DNA of 64,000 nucleotides from Alphaproteobacteria bacterium (GTDB taxonomy: Bacteria > Pseudomonadota > Alphaproteobacteria > MPNO01 > UBA830), in contig OZ251539.1 of assembly GCA_965243135.1 (NCBI GenBank), positions 2,689,812-2,753,811 of the forward strand. The letters are read 5' to 3'. Positions within the stretch are counted from its first letter, which is position 1. Each line of letters starts with the position of its first letter. A program made the translations under genes and the position numbers. The notes below the pieces were generated by a model. That model worked only from the letters and a program-made list of their open reading frames with translations. It did no database searches and was not told the origin of the DNA. Positions 51,511-61,896 of this stretch are shown piece after piece.

Positions 51511-52058
51511 GCCGGCTGCGGTCCTTCGAAACAGCGCTGCAGCGCGCGCAGCACGGCGCGGGCGGCGGCGTCGGCCGATCGGTCGCCGGAGGCGACCGTC
51601 AGATCCGCCTCGGCATAGAACGGGTAGCGTTCCGCGATCAGGCGTTCCATGACTTGGCGCCGGTCCCCCATGTTCAGCAGCGGCCGGTCGCTGCGTCGCG
51701 AAACGCGTTCGAGGAGGACTTCGAGATCGGCCTTCAGCCACACGGAAACGCCGTTCAGGCGGACGTTGCGCCGGGTCTCCGCGTCCGCGAACGCGCCGCC
51801 GCCGGTCGCGATCACGGCGTTCCGCCGCTTCATCAGCCGGGCGATCACCCGCCGCTCGCCGTCGCGAAACGCCGGTTCGCCGTATTTCGCGAAGATGTCC
51901 TCGATCGAGCAATTGGCCGCCGCTTCTATCTCCCTGTCGGCATCGATGAATTCGCGGTCGAGCAGGGCCGCCAGCCGCTGTCCGACGGTCGTCTTTCCCG
52001 CTCCCATCAGACCGACCAGAACGATGGGCTTTTCAGCATACTGCAGGGCGACTGTCAT
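51507..52058 (-). CDS. aroK: Shikimate kinase
   Basis: P-loop GLMGAGKTTVG; 183 aa; ATGA overlap with aroB. Confidence 0.9.
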   Translation of the reverse strand: MTVALQYAEKPIVLVGLMGAGKTTVGQRLAALLDREFIDADREIEAAANCSIEDIFAKYGEPAFRDGERRVIARLMKRRNAVIATGGGAFADAETRRNVRLNGVSVWLKADLEVLLERVSRRSDRPLLNMGDRRQVMERLIAERYPFYAEADLTVASGDRSADAAARAVLRALQRCFEGPQPA

Positions 52059-52503
52059 TGGAAGATTCGCTTAAGCCCAAGGCGTTCTCGCCGTCGGAAT
52101 TTCCGGGAGGCGGCCGCCTTGCGCGGGGCCGGCCACCGGGGTTCGCCCGGTCGCGCTTCCACCTCCGCAGCCGGATCTCGGGCCACGCGCCCCGGGACGA
52201 CCCGCGCACGGAAGGAAAAAGCGTTGTCCTCGGGCGGATCCTCCACCTTCAGCCGGCGCGCGTCAACGGGAAAATAGCGCTGCCGCAGCTGGAAGTCCGG
52301 CATATTTCGGAAAGATCCCTTCCGAGCGCGGCCGGCCAAAACGGCTCGCCGTCGCGAACGACGATCGGCAACATTGCCGCCGCCGCCATCTTCGCGCCGC
52401 CGCGGACGAACTTCCCGTACGACGCCGACGTGCAGGAAGCGCGGGATCGTCTCCCGGTCGACGCTCGACTGGAACTCCAGCGGCGGAAGCGCTTCGCCCT
52501 GGC

Positions 52504-53141
52504 CGTCTTCCGCGCGCAGGCGGACGCGCCCTGGAAGGGATGCGCGACCAGATGGCGGACGCCCCGTCTTCCGCGCGCAGGCGGACGCGCCGCTGGCCGA
52601 CAAGCGCACTTTTCCGGCGATGGACCGTCTTCCGCGCGCAGGCGGACGTGCCGTCTAAAACGTGTTGAGAGAAAATTCCCTCAACCCGTCTTCCGCGCGC
52701 AGGCGGACGTGCCCCCGGCATCCGATCCGCCCGGTGGGCCGGACCGCCGTCTTCCGCGCGCAGGCGGACGTGCCCCCGATCGGCGGCCGCGCATGGCATG
52801 TGATCACCCGTCTTCCGCGCGCAGGCGGACGTGCCCTGTTCGCGGTCGAGGCCATCGCCCAGCACGAGCCGTCTTCCGCGCGCAGGCGGACGTGCCTGAA
52901 TCCCATACTTTTTGCAAGATTGTACGCAACCGTCTTCCGCGCGCAGGCGGACGCGCCGGCGCCTCGCGCAATGTCCGCGTGGGACACGCGCCGTCTTCCG
53001 CGCGCAGGCGGACGTGCCTGAATCCCATACTTTTTGCAAGATTGTACGCAACCGTCTTCCGCGCGCAGGCGGACGCGCCAGCCCCGGTCCCGTCGGCATT
53101 GCGCGGATCATCCCGTCTTCCGCGCGCAGGCGGACGCGCCA
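52504..53141 (+). CRISPR. CRISPR array: 11 repeats, 10 spacers, 61-nt period (28-29-nt repeat + 32-33-nt spacer), type I-E-like repeat
   Basis: Repeat CCGTCTTCCGCGCGCAGGCGGACGYGCC starts (GTCTTCC core) at 52506, 52567, 52628, 52689, 52750, 52811, 52872, 52933, 52994, 53055 and 53116. Spacers are unique except that spacer 7 equals spacer 9. The repeat has the I-E-like palindrome TCCGCGCGCAGGCGGA. Confidence 0.85.
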
Positions 53142-53589
53142 GACCATGTCGGCGCGGCTCTGCCGCAGGTCGTTGTCGACGAACCGCGGCGGGGGATCGC
53201 GGCAGGGAAGTCCGGTTCTCCGCCGAAGTCCGCCCGAAGGAAGCCGTGCGCCAGGTCGGCCACGGACCGTGGGTTGTCGAAAAGCGTTTGCATGGCGTCG
53301 TCGCAGATGTCGCGAACCAGACCGGCTCCCGTCCGGCGAGCCTCGCGGCGGCTTCTTTCTTCATGCGTAAAGCGAAGGCAGCGCGGACGCGCCCCAAAAT
53401 CGCCATAATCTGCGACGATGGTGCGGCCGTCGTCAAGCGCGGCGGACCGCGCGAATTGGGAGCGTCGGATGAAAACGTTGCACATTGCCGTCTTGGCGGG
53501 CGCCTTGCTGGTTCTGGGAGGAGGAGCTGCGTTGCTTGCCGTTTGGGACATCCCCGCCCCATCCGCCGAGGTCGAAAGAATCATTCCGA

Positions 53590-55332
53590 ATGACCGCTTT
53601 CCTCGCTGATCGCCGGCCGCGGATGATCGCCGGCCTGCTGGCCGCGGCGATTTCCTTCGGAGCTGCGGCGCAGCCCGTCGAACTTCGGCGGCCGACTCCC
53701 GACGAGGCCCGTCCCGCGCCGCCGACGCCTCCGCCGGTCGAATCGTCCGGCGAGGAAGCCGGAGCTTCCCGGCCCGCGGACGAGATCGTTTTCGATACGC
53801 TGGACCCGATCGATCCCGATACCTTCGGACTGATCGGCGCGAATCAGGACGGTTTCGGCGTCGACGTCTGGCAGGGAGCGGACTGGCAAACCGTCAGCGG
53901 GCTGATGTCGCAAATCCCGGCGCTCACGACATCGGCCACGATGCGGGCGCTCGCCTCCCGGCTGCTCCTGTCCCGAGCTTTCGTGCCCGCGGGCAAGCCG
54001 GCGAACGCAAGTTTCGTCGGGCTGCGCGTCGAACGGCTTCTGGACATGGCCATGATCGAGGAGGCGCTCGCCCTGTTGAAGGCGGTTCCGGTCCAGCGGC
54101 GCGATGCGACGTTCTCGAAGGTCGAAGTCGAGACGCTCTTCTTCGACAACAGGAATGCGGAGGCATGCGCGCGGGTCGAGGAGGTCGCCGGAAGATTCGC
54201 CGACGTGTACTGGAATCAGGCGCAGGCCTTCTGCGTCGCTCTCGGAGGCGATCAGGCGCGCACCGCGCTCATCGCCGAACTGCTCCGCGAACGGGAGGAA
54301 GAAATAGAGCCGGCGTTCTTCACCGCGCTGGAATCGCTCGCCGGGTTGGAGGTCTCCGAGGTCGAGTCGCTCGACGCGCCCGGCGGACTGCTTCTCTCCA
54401 TGATGCGCGCCGCCGGCCTGAAGCTGCCCGGGCCGCTGGCGAAGAGCGCCGATCCGGCGATTCTCCGTTGGGTCGCGAGGTCGCCGAACGCCGATCTCGA
54501 GGTTCGCCTCGCGGCGGCCGAAAAAGCGCTGGGCGCACATGTTCTCGCGCCCGCCGACGTAACGCGGGCGTATCGGGGCATACGATTTACCGACGAGGAA
54601 CTGGCCAATCCGGTCTCGCGAGCCGAAGCGGACTGGGGACCGCGAGGCCGGGCGCTTCTTATGCGTGCGGCGTCAGCGCAGAGTTCTCCGCTCGCCAAGG
54701 CCGAACTGTTGAGGCGCGCATGGCAGATCGGGCGCGAGCGAGGCGGATACGGCGTGATGGCACGGATGGGCGCTTCGGAGGTTTCGGGCATAACGCCGTC
54801 ATCGGAACTGACGTGGTTCGCGGAGGACGCGGCTCGCGCCTTGTTCGGCGCGGGCCGCATCGCCGAGGCAATGGCCTGGTACGGCGCCGTGGCGGGACCG
54901 AGCGCAGCCCTGGACGAGGCGCGGAACGCGGAGGCCGGCCTGTGGCCGCTCGCGGTGCTGGCCGACAGCGAGACGCCCTTCGATCCCGACCGGTTGACGC
55001 AGTGGTACGCCGACCTGCGGCAATCGGCGCCCGACGAAGCCCGCGGCAGGGCTCTGACCTTGTTCGGACTGCTGGAGGCCGCCGGCCGGAACGTTCCGTG
55101 GCGGACGCTGCTGGACGCGCCGACGGTCGGAAGCGGGACGGATCGGGCATGGGCGCGCAGCCTCGCGGCCGCGGCGGAGGAGGGCCGGATCGGCGAGACC
55201 GTTCTGCTCTCGGCCGTCTTGGCCGGCGCCGGCGCGGGCCCGCCGGAGCTTGCGACCGCGCTCCGACGCGTCGGGCTCGAGGAGGAAGGACGGCGCCTGG
55301 CACTGGAAATCGCCGTCGCGGCCGGGTTGTGA
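53590..55332 (+). CDS. Hypothetical secreted protein (Ala-rich, alpha-helical, TPR-like), conserved neighbour of xerD
   Basis: ATG at 53590 gives a signal-peptide-like N-terminus (MTAFLADRRPRMIAGLLAAAISFGAAAQP); alternative TTG at 53485. 580 aa. Confidence 0.55.
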   Translation: MTAFLADRRPRMIAGLLAAAISFGAAAQPVELRRPTPDEARPAPPTPPPVESSGEEAGASRPADEIVFDTLDPIDPDTFGLIGANQDGFGVDVWQGADWQTVSGLMSQIPALTTSATMRALASRLLLSRAFVPAGKPANASFVGLRVERLLDMAMIEEALALLKAVPVQRRDATFSKVEVETLFFDNRNAEACARVEEVAGRFADVYWNQAQAFCVALGGDQARTALIAELLREREEEIEPAFFTALESLAGLEVSEVESLDAPGGLLLSMMRAAGLKLPGPLAKSADPAILRWVARSPNADLEVRLAAAEKALGAHVLAPADVTRAYRGIRFTDEELANPVSRAEADWGPRGRALLMRAASAQSSPLAKAELLRRAWQIGRERGGYGVMARMGASEVSGITPSSELTWFAEDAARALFGAGRIAEAMAWYGAVAGPSAALDEARNAEAGLWPLAVLADSETPFDPDRLTQWYADLRQSAPDEARGRALTLFGLLEAAGRNVPWRTLLDAPTVGSGTDRAWARSLAAAAEEGRIGETVLLSAVLAGAGAGPPELATALRRVGLEEEGRRLALEIAVAAGL

Positions 55333-56246
55333 CGGCGAGCGGCGGGCAGTCCGCAAGGCTGCTGGAGGTCTTTCTGGAAATGATGACGGCGGAGCGCGGA
55401 GCCGCGGCCAACACCTGCGCCGCCTATCGAGGCGATATCGAACAATATCTGGAGCATCTGCGAGGATCGGGCGTCGACGCGCTGACGGCCGACACCTCCC
55501 ACGTGCGCTCGGCGATCGACGGTTTCGCCGGATACGCCGCGCGCACGCAGGCGCGCAAGCTTTCCGCGCTGCGCCGGTTTCACCGGTTCCTGGTCGTCGA
55601 GGGCTACCGGGACGACGATCCGACTTCGACGGTGGACGGTCCGCGACGCGGGCTGTCCCTGCCCAAGGCGCTGAGTTTCGAGGAGGTGGAGGGGCTGCTC
55701 GCGGCGGCGCGCGCGGTCGAGGGCTGGCGCGGCGCGCGTCTGGTAGCGCTGCTGGAGATCCTGTACGCGACGGGGCTGCGGGTTTCGGAACTCGTGGGGC
55801 TTCGGCGCGGGTCGCTGTCGCGCGCCGGACGGATCGCGACAGTGCGGGGCAAGGGCGGAAAGGAACGCATGGTTCCTCTGGGCGGGCCCGCGCGCGACGC
55901 CGTCGAGGCGTGGTTGCCGCTGCGCGAGGAGCAGCTCGGCGAAGCGGCGAAGGGGAACAAGTGGCTTTTTCCCTCGCGTTCCGCCGCCGGCCATTTGACG
56001 CGCGACCGTTTCGCCAAGCTGTTGCAGGAGGCGGCCGTTTCCGCGGGCATTGACGCGTCGCGCGTTTCGCCGCATGTTCTGCGCCATTCCTTCGCGACCC
56101 ATCTGCTCGCGAACGGAGCCGACCTCCGAAGCGTGCAACAAATGCTCGGTCATGCCGATATCTCCACGACCCAGATCTACACCCATGTTCTCGACGAACG
56201 GCTCCGGGCGCTGGTCCGCGACGTCCATCCGCTCTCGGGCATCTGA
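55329..56246 (+). CDS. xerD: Site-specific tyrosine recombinase XerD
   Basis: GTG at 55329 overlapping the upstream stop; 305 aa; catalytic R..HxxR..Y (VLRHSFATHLL...TQIYTHV). Confidence 0.9.
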   Translation: MTASGGQSARLLEVFLEMMTAERGAAANTCAAYRGDIEQYLEHLRGSGVDALTADTSHVRSAIDGFAGYAARTQARKLSALRRFHRFLVVEGYRDDDPTSTVDGPRRGLSLPKALSFEEVEGLLAAARAVEGWRGARLVALLEILYATGLRVSELVGLRRGSLSRAGRIATVRGKGGKERMVPLGGPARDAVEAWLPLREEQLGEAAKGNKWLFPSRSAAGHLTRDRFAKLLQEAAVSAGIDASRVSPHVLRHSFATHLLANGADLRSVQQMLGHADISTTQIYTHVLDERLRALVRDVHPLSGI

Positions 56247-56274
56247 TCCGGCGTGACCGGGCGGAGCGTCGTCC

Positions 56275-57240
56275 TTGGCAGAAACTCACGCCTTTCTTGA
56301 ATTCGAGAAGCCGATCGCGGAGCTCGAGGGCAAGATTCAGGAGTTGCGGCACCTCAGCGACGACAGCGGGATTCGGATCGCCGACGAGGTGGAGCGGTTG
56401 CAGAACCGGGTCGATCGACTGCTGGTCCAGACTTACGCTAGGCTAACTCCGTGGCAGAAGGTTCAGGTGGCCCGGCATCCCGGGCGTCCGCACTGTCTCG
56501 ATTACATCGGCGCGCTGATCGGCGAGTTCACGCCGCTGGCGGGCGATCGCGCCTACGGCGAGGATCAGGCGGTCGTCGGCGGCCTCGGGCGATTTCACGG
56601 CCGGTCGGTGGTCGTTCTCGGCCACGAGAAGGGCGCCGACACCGATTCGCGGATACGGCACAATTTCGGGATGGCGCGGCCGGAGGGGTATCGCAAGGCG
56701 CAGCGCCTGATGCGGCTCGCGGATCGTTTCGGGCTTCCGGTGATCACCTTCGTCGACACGGCCGGCGCCTATCCGGGCGTCGGCGCCGAGGAGCGCGGCC
56801 AGGCGGAGGCGATCGCGCGTTCGATCGAGACCGGGCTCGATTTAAGGGTGCCGGTGGTCGGCGCGGTCATCGGCGAGGGCGGTTCGGGGGGGGCCATCGC
56901 CATTGCGGTGGCCAACCGCGTGCTGATGCTCGAGCATGCAGTCTATTCGGTGATTTCTCCCGAGGGATGCGCGTCGATCCTGTGGCGCGACGCGAGTCAC
57001 GCGACCGAGGCGGCGAACGCGCTCAAGCTCACCGCGCAGGACATGCTGGAGCTGGGCGTCATCGACGCGATCATTCCCGAGCCGGTCGGCGCGGCGCATC
57101 GCGACGGCAAGGCGGCGATCGAAGCGACGGGCCGCGCGATTTCGGACAGCCTAGATGCGTTGCGCGGCCTCGAGGGCGATGCATTGCGGCGGCAGCGGCG
57201 CGAGAAATTCATGCAAGTAGGGGAGCGTCCGGACAATTGA
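56275..57240 (+). CDS. accA: Acetyl-CoA carboxylase carboxyltransferase subunit alpha
   Basis: [14 protein letters not shown]...; TTG at 56275; 321 aa. Confidence 0.9.
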   Translation: MAETHAFLEFEKPIAELEGKIQELRHLSDDSGIRIADEVERLQNRVDRLLVQTYARLTPWQKVQVARHPGRPHCLDYIGALIGEFTPLAGDRAYGEDQAVVGGLGRFHGRSVVVLGHEKGADTDSRIRHNFGMARPEGYRKAQRLMRLADRFGLPVITFVDTAGAYPGVGAEERGQAEAIARSIETGLDLRVPVVGAVIGEGGSGGAIAIAVANRVLMLEHAVYSVISPEGCASILWRDASHATEAANALKLTAQDMLELGVIDAIIPEPVGAAHRDGKAAIEATGRAISDSLDALRGLEGDALRRQRREKFMQVGERPDN

Positions 57241-58681
57241 CGGACGTTCGGAGGAAAGCGCGTCCGGGCGGACGGCATAAGGCGGCGGAATTCGCCGTTG
57301 CGGAAAGGCTTTCGGCTTCAGGCGGCCTCGCAACCCGCCGACGTCGCGCTCCGCCGCCGGCGCGGGTCGCCGTGTCCGCGCAGCCCGGCCTTGCCATCCT
57401 CGCGAGCCTCCCCTCTCGTCCCGATCCTCGTCGCAAATCACCGCCCGGCGCAGCGCAACGACCCGCTTACCCAAGCTCGAAATCGGCGAACGCCCCCCCG
57501 TTCGGCCCCTTCCTTGACGAAAGCTGTCCCCGAACGCCTTGGCGGTCGCGGCCCCTTTCTCGACGATGGACGCGAAAGCTCGCACCGCTTCGGCGGCCAC
57601 CGGGGAGAACTTCGACAGGGACAAACCGTTCGAAGATCGCGAGACTGACATGAGTTGCGGTTTGGAGCCAACATTCCGCCGCGCGCCAGGAGCATTCTTT
57701 TTTCGTCCTCCGGCCCCGCGTCAAAGCCCGGAACGGCGTTTTGCCACGAAATCGCTGGCCTTGAAGCGTCGCAGCCCGCACTCGAGTTGAAAATCAATAG
57801 TTGTTTCCGGTTTGGCAATACAAGCGCTCGCTACCCGGGGGACGAAAAAATTTCGTCCGGGACCGGACACGGGATCCTTCGCCCCTCATGCCGGATTTTT
57901 GCTGCGACCGACGGACGAAGGGCTTTGCCGCCGGCAACGGCTCTCCGGCGGCGGGACGAGACGTTGCGGCAACGGGACGAGGCGCGCCAAGAGGCGTCGC
58001 GCGTAGGCAAGTCGGCAGACGACGTTCCCAAAAACGCGACGCGTGCGGGCCGAGGCGGCGCGCAACGAGCCGAAACGCCTGAAGTCGGCCTCTTCGGCGA
58101 ACGAGCTTGTGCGGGCCGCCCATGGCGAAGCCGAGGGAGCGCCTCGACGAACGCGGCAACGCCCGCGGCGCGCAAGCTTGACAAGAGCGGGCGCGCCCGA
58201 CGCGCGGGAGAGCGGCGCGGAACGAAAAGCCCGGCGGGGGCGGCAGCCCGGGTCGTCGTCGCGCGGACGCGCTTGCCGGGCTCCTGGGGAACGCCGCCGT
58301 CCGCGGCGGGCCTTTCCGCGAGGGCGGCCGCGGTTTCTGTCGCAAGCGAGAGCGGCCGCGGCCAGAGCGACGCGGCGCAAGCGCCGCCATGACCGGAGAA
58401 GCAGCGAGAACCAGGTCCCGGCGCGGTACAGCGAGGACAGCCGCACGCCGGGGCGATGAGATGCGGCGGCAGAACGGCCAACCCAGCCGTCGTTCCGGAG
58501 ACCGAGAGGATCCCCGCCGCACCCGCCGGCTGCAGGCCTCGCACGGAAGCGAAAGCGCGAAGCGGTTTGCAGAGCATGGACTTTTTGGGCATATCCTTGT
58601 CGAACGAGTCAACATTCCCGATACGAAGTTGCCTTTGACAAGAAGTTCCGTCCGGCGGCGGCACGCGAAGAAAGTTCGGCC

Positions 58682-59545
58682 ATGACAGGCGAGTTGCGGG
58701 CGGCGCGCGGCGATGCAAGCGGAGGTCCGGCGGCCTACGGCGGGACGGAAGCCGTTCCGTCGCAGGCCGCGCTGGCGTTCGCCGACATCGTCGACGGCGC
58801 GCGCGCATGGCATCTGTGGAGCATGCTCGGCTGGCAGGACATACGCCAGCGCTACCGCCGCTCGAAGCTCGGGCCTTTCTGGCTCACCATCAGCATGGGC
58901 GCGCTGGTAGGCGGTCTCGGCGTATTGTACGCTGGGTTGTTCAAGGTCGAGGTCGCGGACTATTTGCCCTTCATTGCGGTCGGTTTCATCGTCTGGAGTT
59001 TGATTTCCGGGCTTATCGTCGAGGGTTGCGACGCGTTCATCCGCGCCGAGAGCATCATAAAGCAGGTCGGGCTGCCCTTGTCGGTGCACGTGTACCGGGT
59101 GGTGTGGCGGAGCGCGATCATCTTCGCCCACAACGCCGTCATTTACGTCGTCGTCGCGGTCATTTTCTCCATCCGGCCGGGCTGGACTTGTCTTCTCGCT
59201 CTTCCGGGACTTGCGCTGGTGTGCCTGAACGGCGTCTGGCTGGGGCTGCTGTTCGGCCTTGTGTCGGCCCGCTTCCGCGACGTTCCGCAGATCGTGGCCA
59301 GCGTCGTTCAGATCGCCTTCTTTCTTACGCCGATCATCTGGAAGCCCGAACTGCTGCCCGGCCGCGCGCTCGTGCTGGACGCCAATCCGTTCTACCACTT
59401 CCTGGAGTTGGTGCGGGGGCCGGCGCTGGGGCAGGCGCCGGAACCCATCTCCTGGATCGCGGTTCTGGGCATCACCGTCTGCGGTTGGGCGGCGACGCTG
59501 GCCATGTACCGCGCCTACCGCTGGCGGGTCGCGTATTGGGTATGA
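58682..59545 (+). CDS. ABC-2 type polysaccharide/O-antigen export permease (Wzm/KpsM family)
   Basis: 287 aa, 6-TMS ABC-2 signature (LGPFWLTISMGAL...). Confidence 0.8.
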   Translation: MTGELRAARGDASGGPAAYGGTEAVPSQAALAFADIVDGARAWHLWSMLGWQDIRQRYRRSKLGPFWLTISMGALVGGLGVLYAGLFKVEVADYLPFIAVGFIVWSLISGLIVEGCDAFIRAESIIKQVGLPLSVHVYRVVWRSAIIFAHNAVIYVVVAVIFSIRPGWTCLLALPGLALVCLNGVWLGLLFGLVSARFRDVPQIVASVVQIAFFLTPIIWKPELLPGRALVLDANPFYHFLELVRGPALGQAPEPISWIAVLGITVCGWAATLAMYRAYRWRVAYWV

Positions 59546-60306
59546 ACGCCGAAATCAGCCTCCGGCTCGACGCCGTGACCGTGGATTTTCCCGTTTACGG
59601 CGCGGACAGCCGCTCGCTCAAGAACAATCTCCTGCGCCGGAGCACGGGCGGGCGGATAGGTCGGGACGCCGCGCAGCGGCTTTCGGTGCGCGCTCTCGAA
59701 GACGTGAAGTTCGCGCTTGCTCACGGCGACCGCGTCGGGCTGGTCGGCGCGAACGGCGCGGGCAAGACGACGCTGCTACGGGTGCTCGCGGGAGTCTATC
59801 AGCCGACGTTGGGGCGCGTGGACCGCCGGGGACGAGTGGCCGCGCTGTTCAATCTGTCGCTCGGCATCGATCCTTATTCGACGGGATACGAGAACATCAC
59901 GGCGCGCGGAATGTTCCTCGGGCTCATGCCCTCGGAAATCCGCGAGCGGACCGCCGAGATAGCGGAGTTCACCGAGCTCGGCGACTATCTGGCGATGCCG
60001 GTGCACACCTACTCGACCGGCATGCAGTTGCGACTGGCGTTTGCGGTGTGCACCTGCATCAAGCCCGAGATTCTGCTGATGGACGAGTGGATCGGGGTGG
60101 GCGACGCGGCCTTCGTCAAGAAGGCGGAGCGGCGGCTGGAAGAATTCGTGGGGCGGGCGGGGATCCTCGTGCTGGCTTCGCACAACGCCGCCTTGCTCGA
60201 GCGCGTCTGCACAAGGGGTATACTGTTGGAAGCTGGACGGGTGCAGGCGTTTGGACCTATCGACGAGGTGCTGCGGGATTTCAGAGCGGGGATTCGTCAG
60301 TCCTAG
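59542..60306 (+). CDS. ABC transporter ATP-binding protein (Wzt/KpsT family)
   Basis: ATGA overlap with the permease. Walker A GANGAGKTTLL, signature YSTGMQLRLAFA, Walker B ILLMDEW. Confidence 0.85.
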   Translation: MNAEISLRLDAVTVDFPVYGADSRSLKNNLLRRSTGGRIGRDAAQRLSVRALEDVKFALAHGDRVGLVGANGAGKTTLLRVLAGVYQPTLGRVDRRGRVAALFNLSLGIDPYSTGYENITARGMFLGLMPSEIRERTAEIAEFTELGDYLAMPVHTYSTGMQLRLAFAVCTCIKPEILLMDEWIGVGDAAFVKKAERRLEEFVGRAGILVLASHNAALLERVCTRGILLEAGRVQAFGPIDEVLRDFRAGIRQS

Positions 60307-60511
60307 CCCGGATATCTCACCACAACTGGTTGCCTCCGATTCGCAGTATATAAAATCAAGCTACTATACGACCTGCGAAAGGAAACCCCACAGACTGTAA
60401 ACCGTTGCAACTTGAGTTTCAACGCCTCGGAAGCCGCGGGTGTACGTCAATTTCTTGAGATTTGCATTGACGCCAAGGAGGGCCTAGATTTTCTGTATGT
60501 ACTAATGCGCC

Positions 60512-61896
60512 ATGTCCACGTCCCAAGACTTGGAAACCCTTCTGCAACATCGCGCCGACGTTCTCCGTCAGTTGTCCGAAGATCTTCGCCAAGGATCCCT
60601 CACCGCCCAATACCGCAAGCAAACCCGGTTGCCATTGCGCAGAGGGACCGGGGCATGGGCCGTACCTTCAACTGACCCGAAAGGTGAAGGGCAAGACGCG
60701 ATGCAGGTCCGCTGCCGCGGAAGTCGTGGGCAGGAGTACAAGCAGTTTCGCGAGCTGGTCCAGCAATTGGTAAGCGCATGCGATGCGCGATTGGACCGTT
60801 CTCGCGGCGACGAAGTAAAAAAAGCCTTCGAGGCCGTCGTCGCGGCGGAAGCGTCGTCCGAGATAAACCGCCTGGTCGGGGACGGTGTGACGGACGACAT
60901 GGAGGCTGTCGAAACCGCGGCGAAGCGAGCGGAGATCGGCGCCCGTGCCGTCGCCAAGCGGTTCAACCATTCCGACCACGTTGGACATCGCATGCGCGTC
61001 GTGTGGAGGAGAAGCCCACGGGCCGGCGCCCGAAAACCTTCACAACGGCGTTGGACGAAGTTCGACCGGACATACTACCGCTGCAACGCTTGCAACACCG
61101 GGATCTGCCCACGGGACCGGGCGATGGAAAAAACCTCCCCCGCCGCCACGCGCATGGTCGGGTTCGCAGCTTCGCAATGGCCAGTAGGAAGGAGTTGGCG
61201 GGGCTGAAGGTCGACCCCAAGATGGTCGAACGCGCCGCCGAGGCTCTCGGCACCGAAGAGGATGAACGCCAGAGGGTCGAGGTCGAACCGCCGTCCGGGC
61301 CGACCATGTATGTCGGCATGGACGGCACCGGGGTGCCGGCCAGGCAAGCAACCGGACGGTTCTTCCAAGACTCGCGAGGCCAAACTCGTCACCGTGTGGA
61401 CGGCCGAAAAACAAAACGAAGGGACACCCGAACAGGGTTCGGCTCCGTCGGCATCGCCGCTACCACCGACAAGGAACTGTCGCCTTTCGCTCAACGAGTC
61501 GAGCGCGAAGCGCGCCGTCGCGGCTTCCACGACGCCGAGCGACGCGTGGTCCTGGGGGGCGCTCTGGGAACATCGCCGACGAACTGTTCCCCGACGCCAC
61601 CCTTGTTCCATGCGAAACAGCACCTGTGGAGCAGGGCGAAGGAGATCTACGGTGACGGAGATCTTGCGGAAGCATGGGCAAAAAAGCAGTGCGACGCCCT
61701 CGAAGACGGTCAGGTCGACAAGGTCATCGCGGCTCTCCGCAAGCACGGCGCCGCAGGCTACCTGGAACGGAACCGCGCGCGCATGCAGTACGCAAAGTTC
61801 CGTGCGCAGGGTTTGTCCTCCGGCGTCGTCGAGGCCGGTTGCAAGAGAACGGTCGGCAACCGTCTGAAACGGGGGCGGTGGACCGTTCGCGGCGCG
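60512..61896 (+). mobile_element. ISKra4-like transposase gene remnant (frameshifted; 3' end runs into duplicated wzt sequence)
   Basis: Two consecutive ORFs in different frames (60512-61207, 60778-62025). The C-terminal region NRARMQYAKFRAQGLSSGVVEAGCKRTVGNRLKRGRW resembles the conserved C-terminal motif of ISKra4-family transposases. No terminal inverted repeats identified. Confidence 0.4.

Noticed and set aside
52263-53147. 294-aa minus ORF (and other ORFs) translating through the CRISPR repeats
   Set aside because: The periodic peptide repeat is an artefact of translating the 61-nt repeat-spacer array. The unique, variable spacers with identical repeats identify a CRISPR array, not a repeat protein.
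54252-56228. 658-aa minus ORF antisense to the hypothetical gene and xerD
   Set aside because: Antisense artefact.
57794-59398. 534-aa minus ORF antisense to wzm and the upstream interval
   Set aside because: Antisense artefact; nonsense composition.
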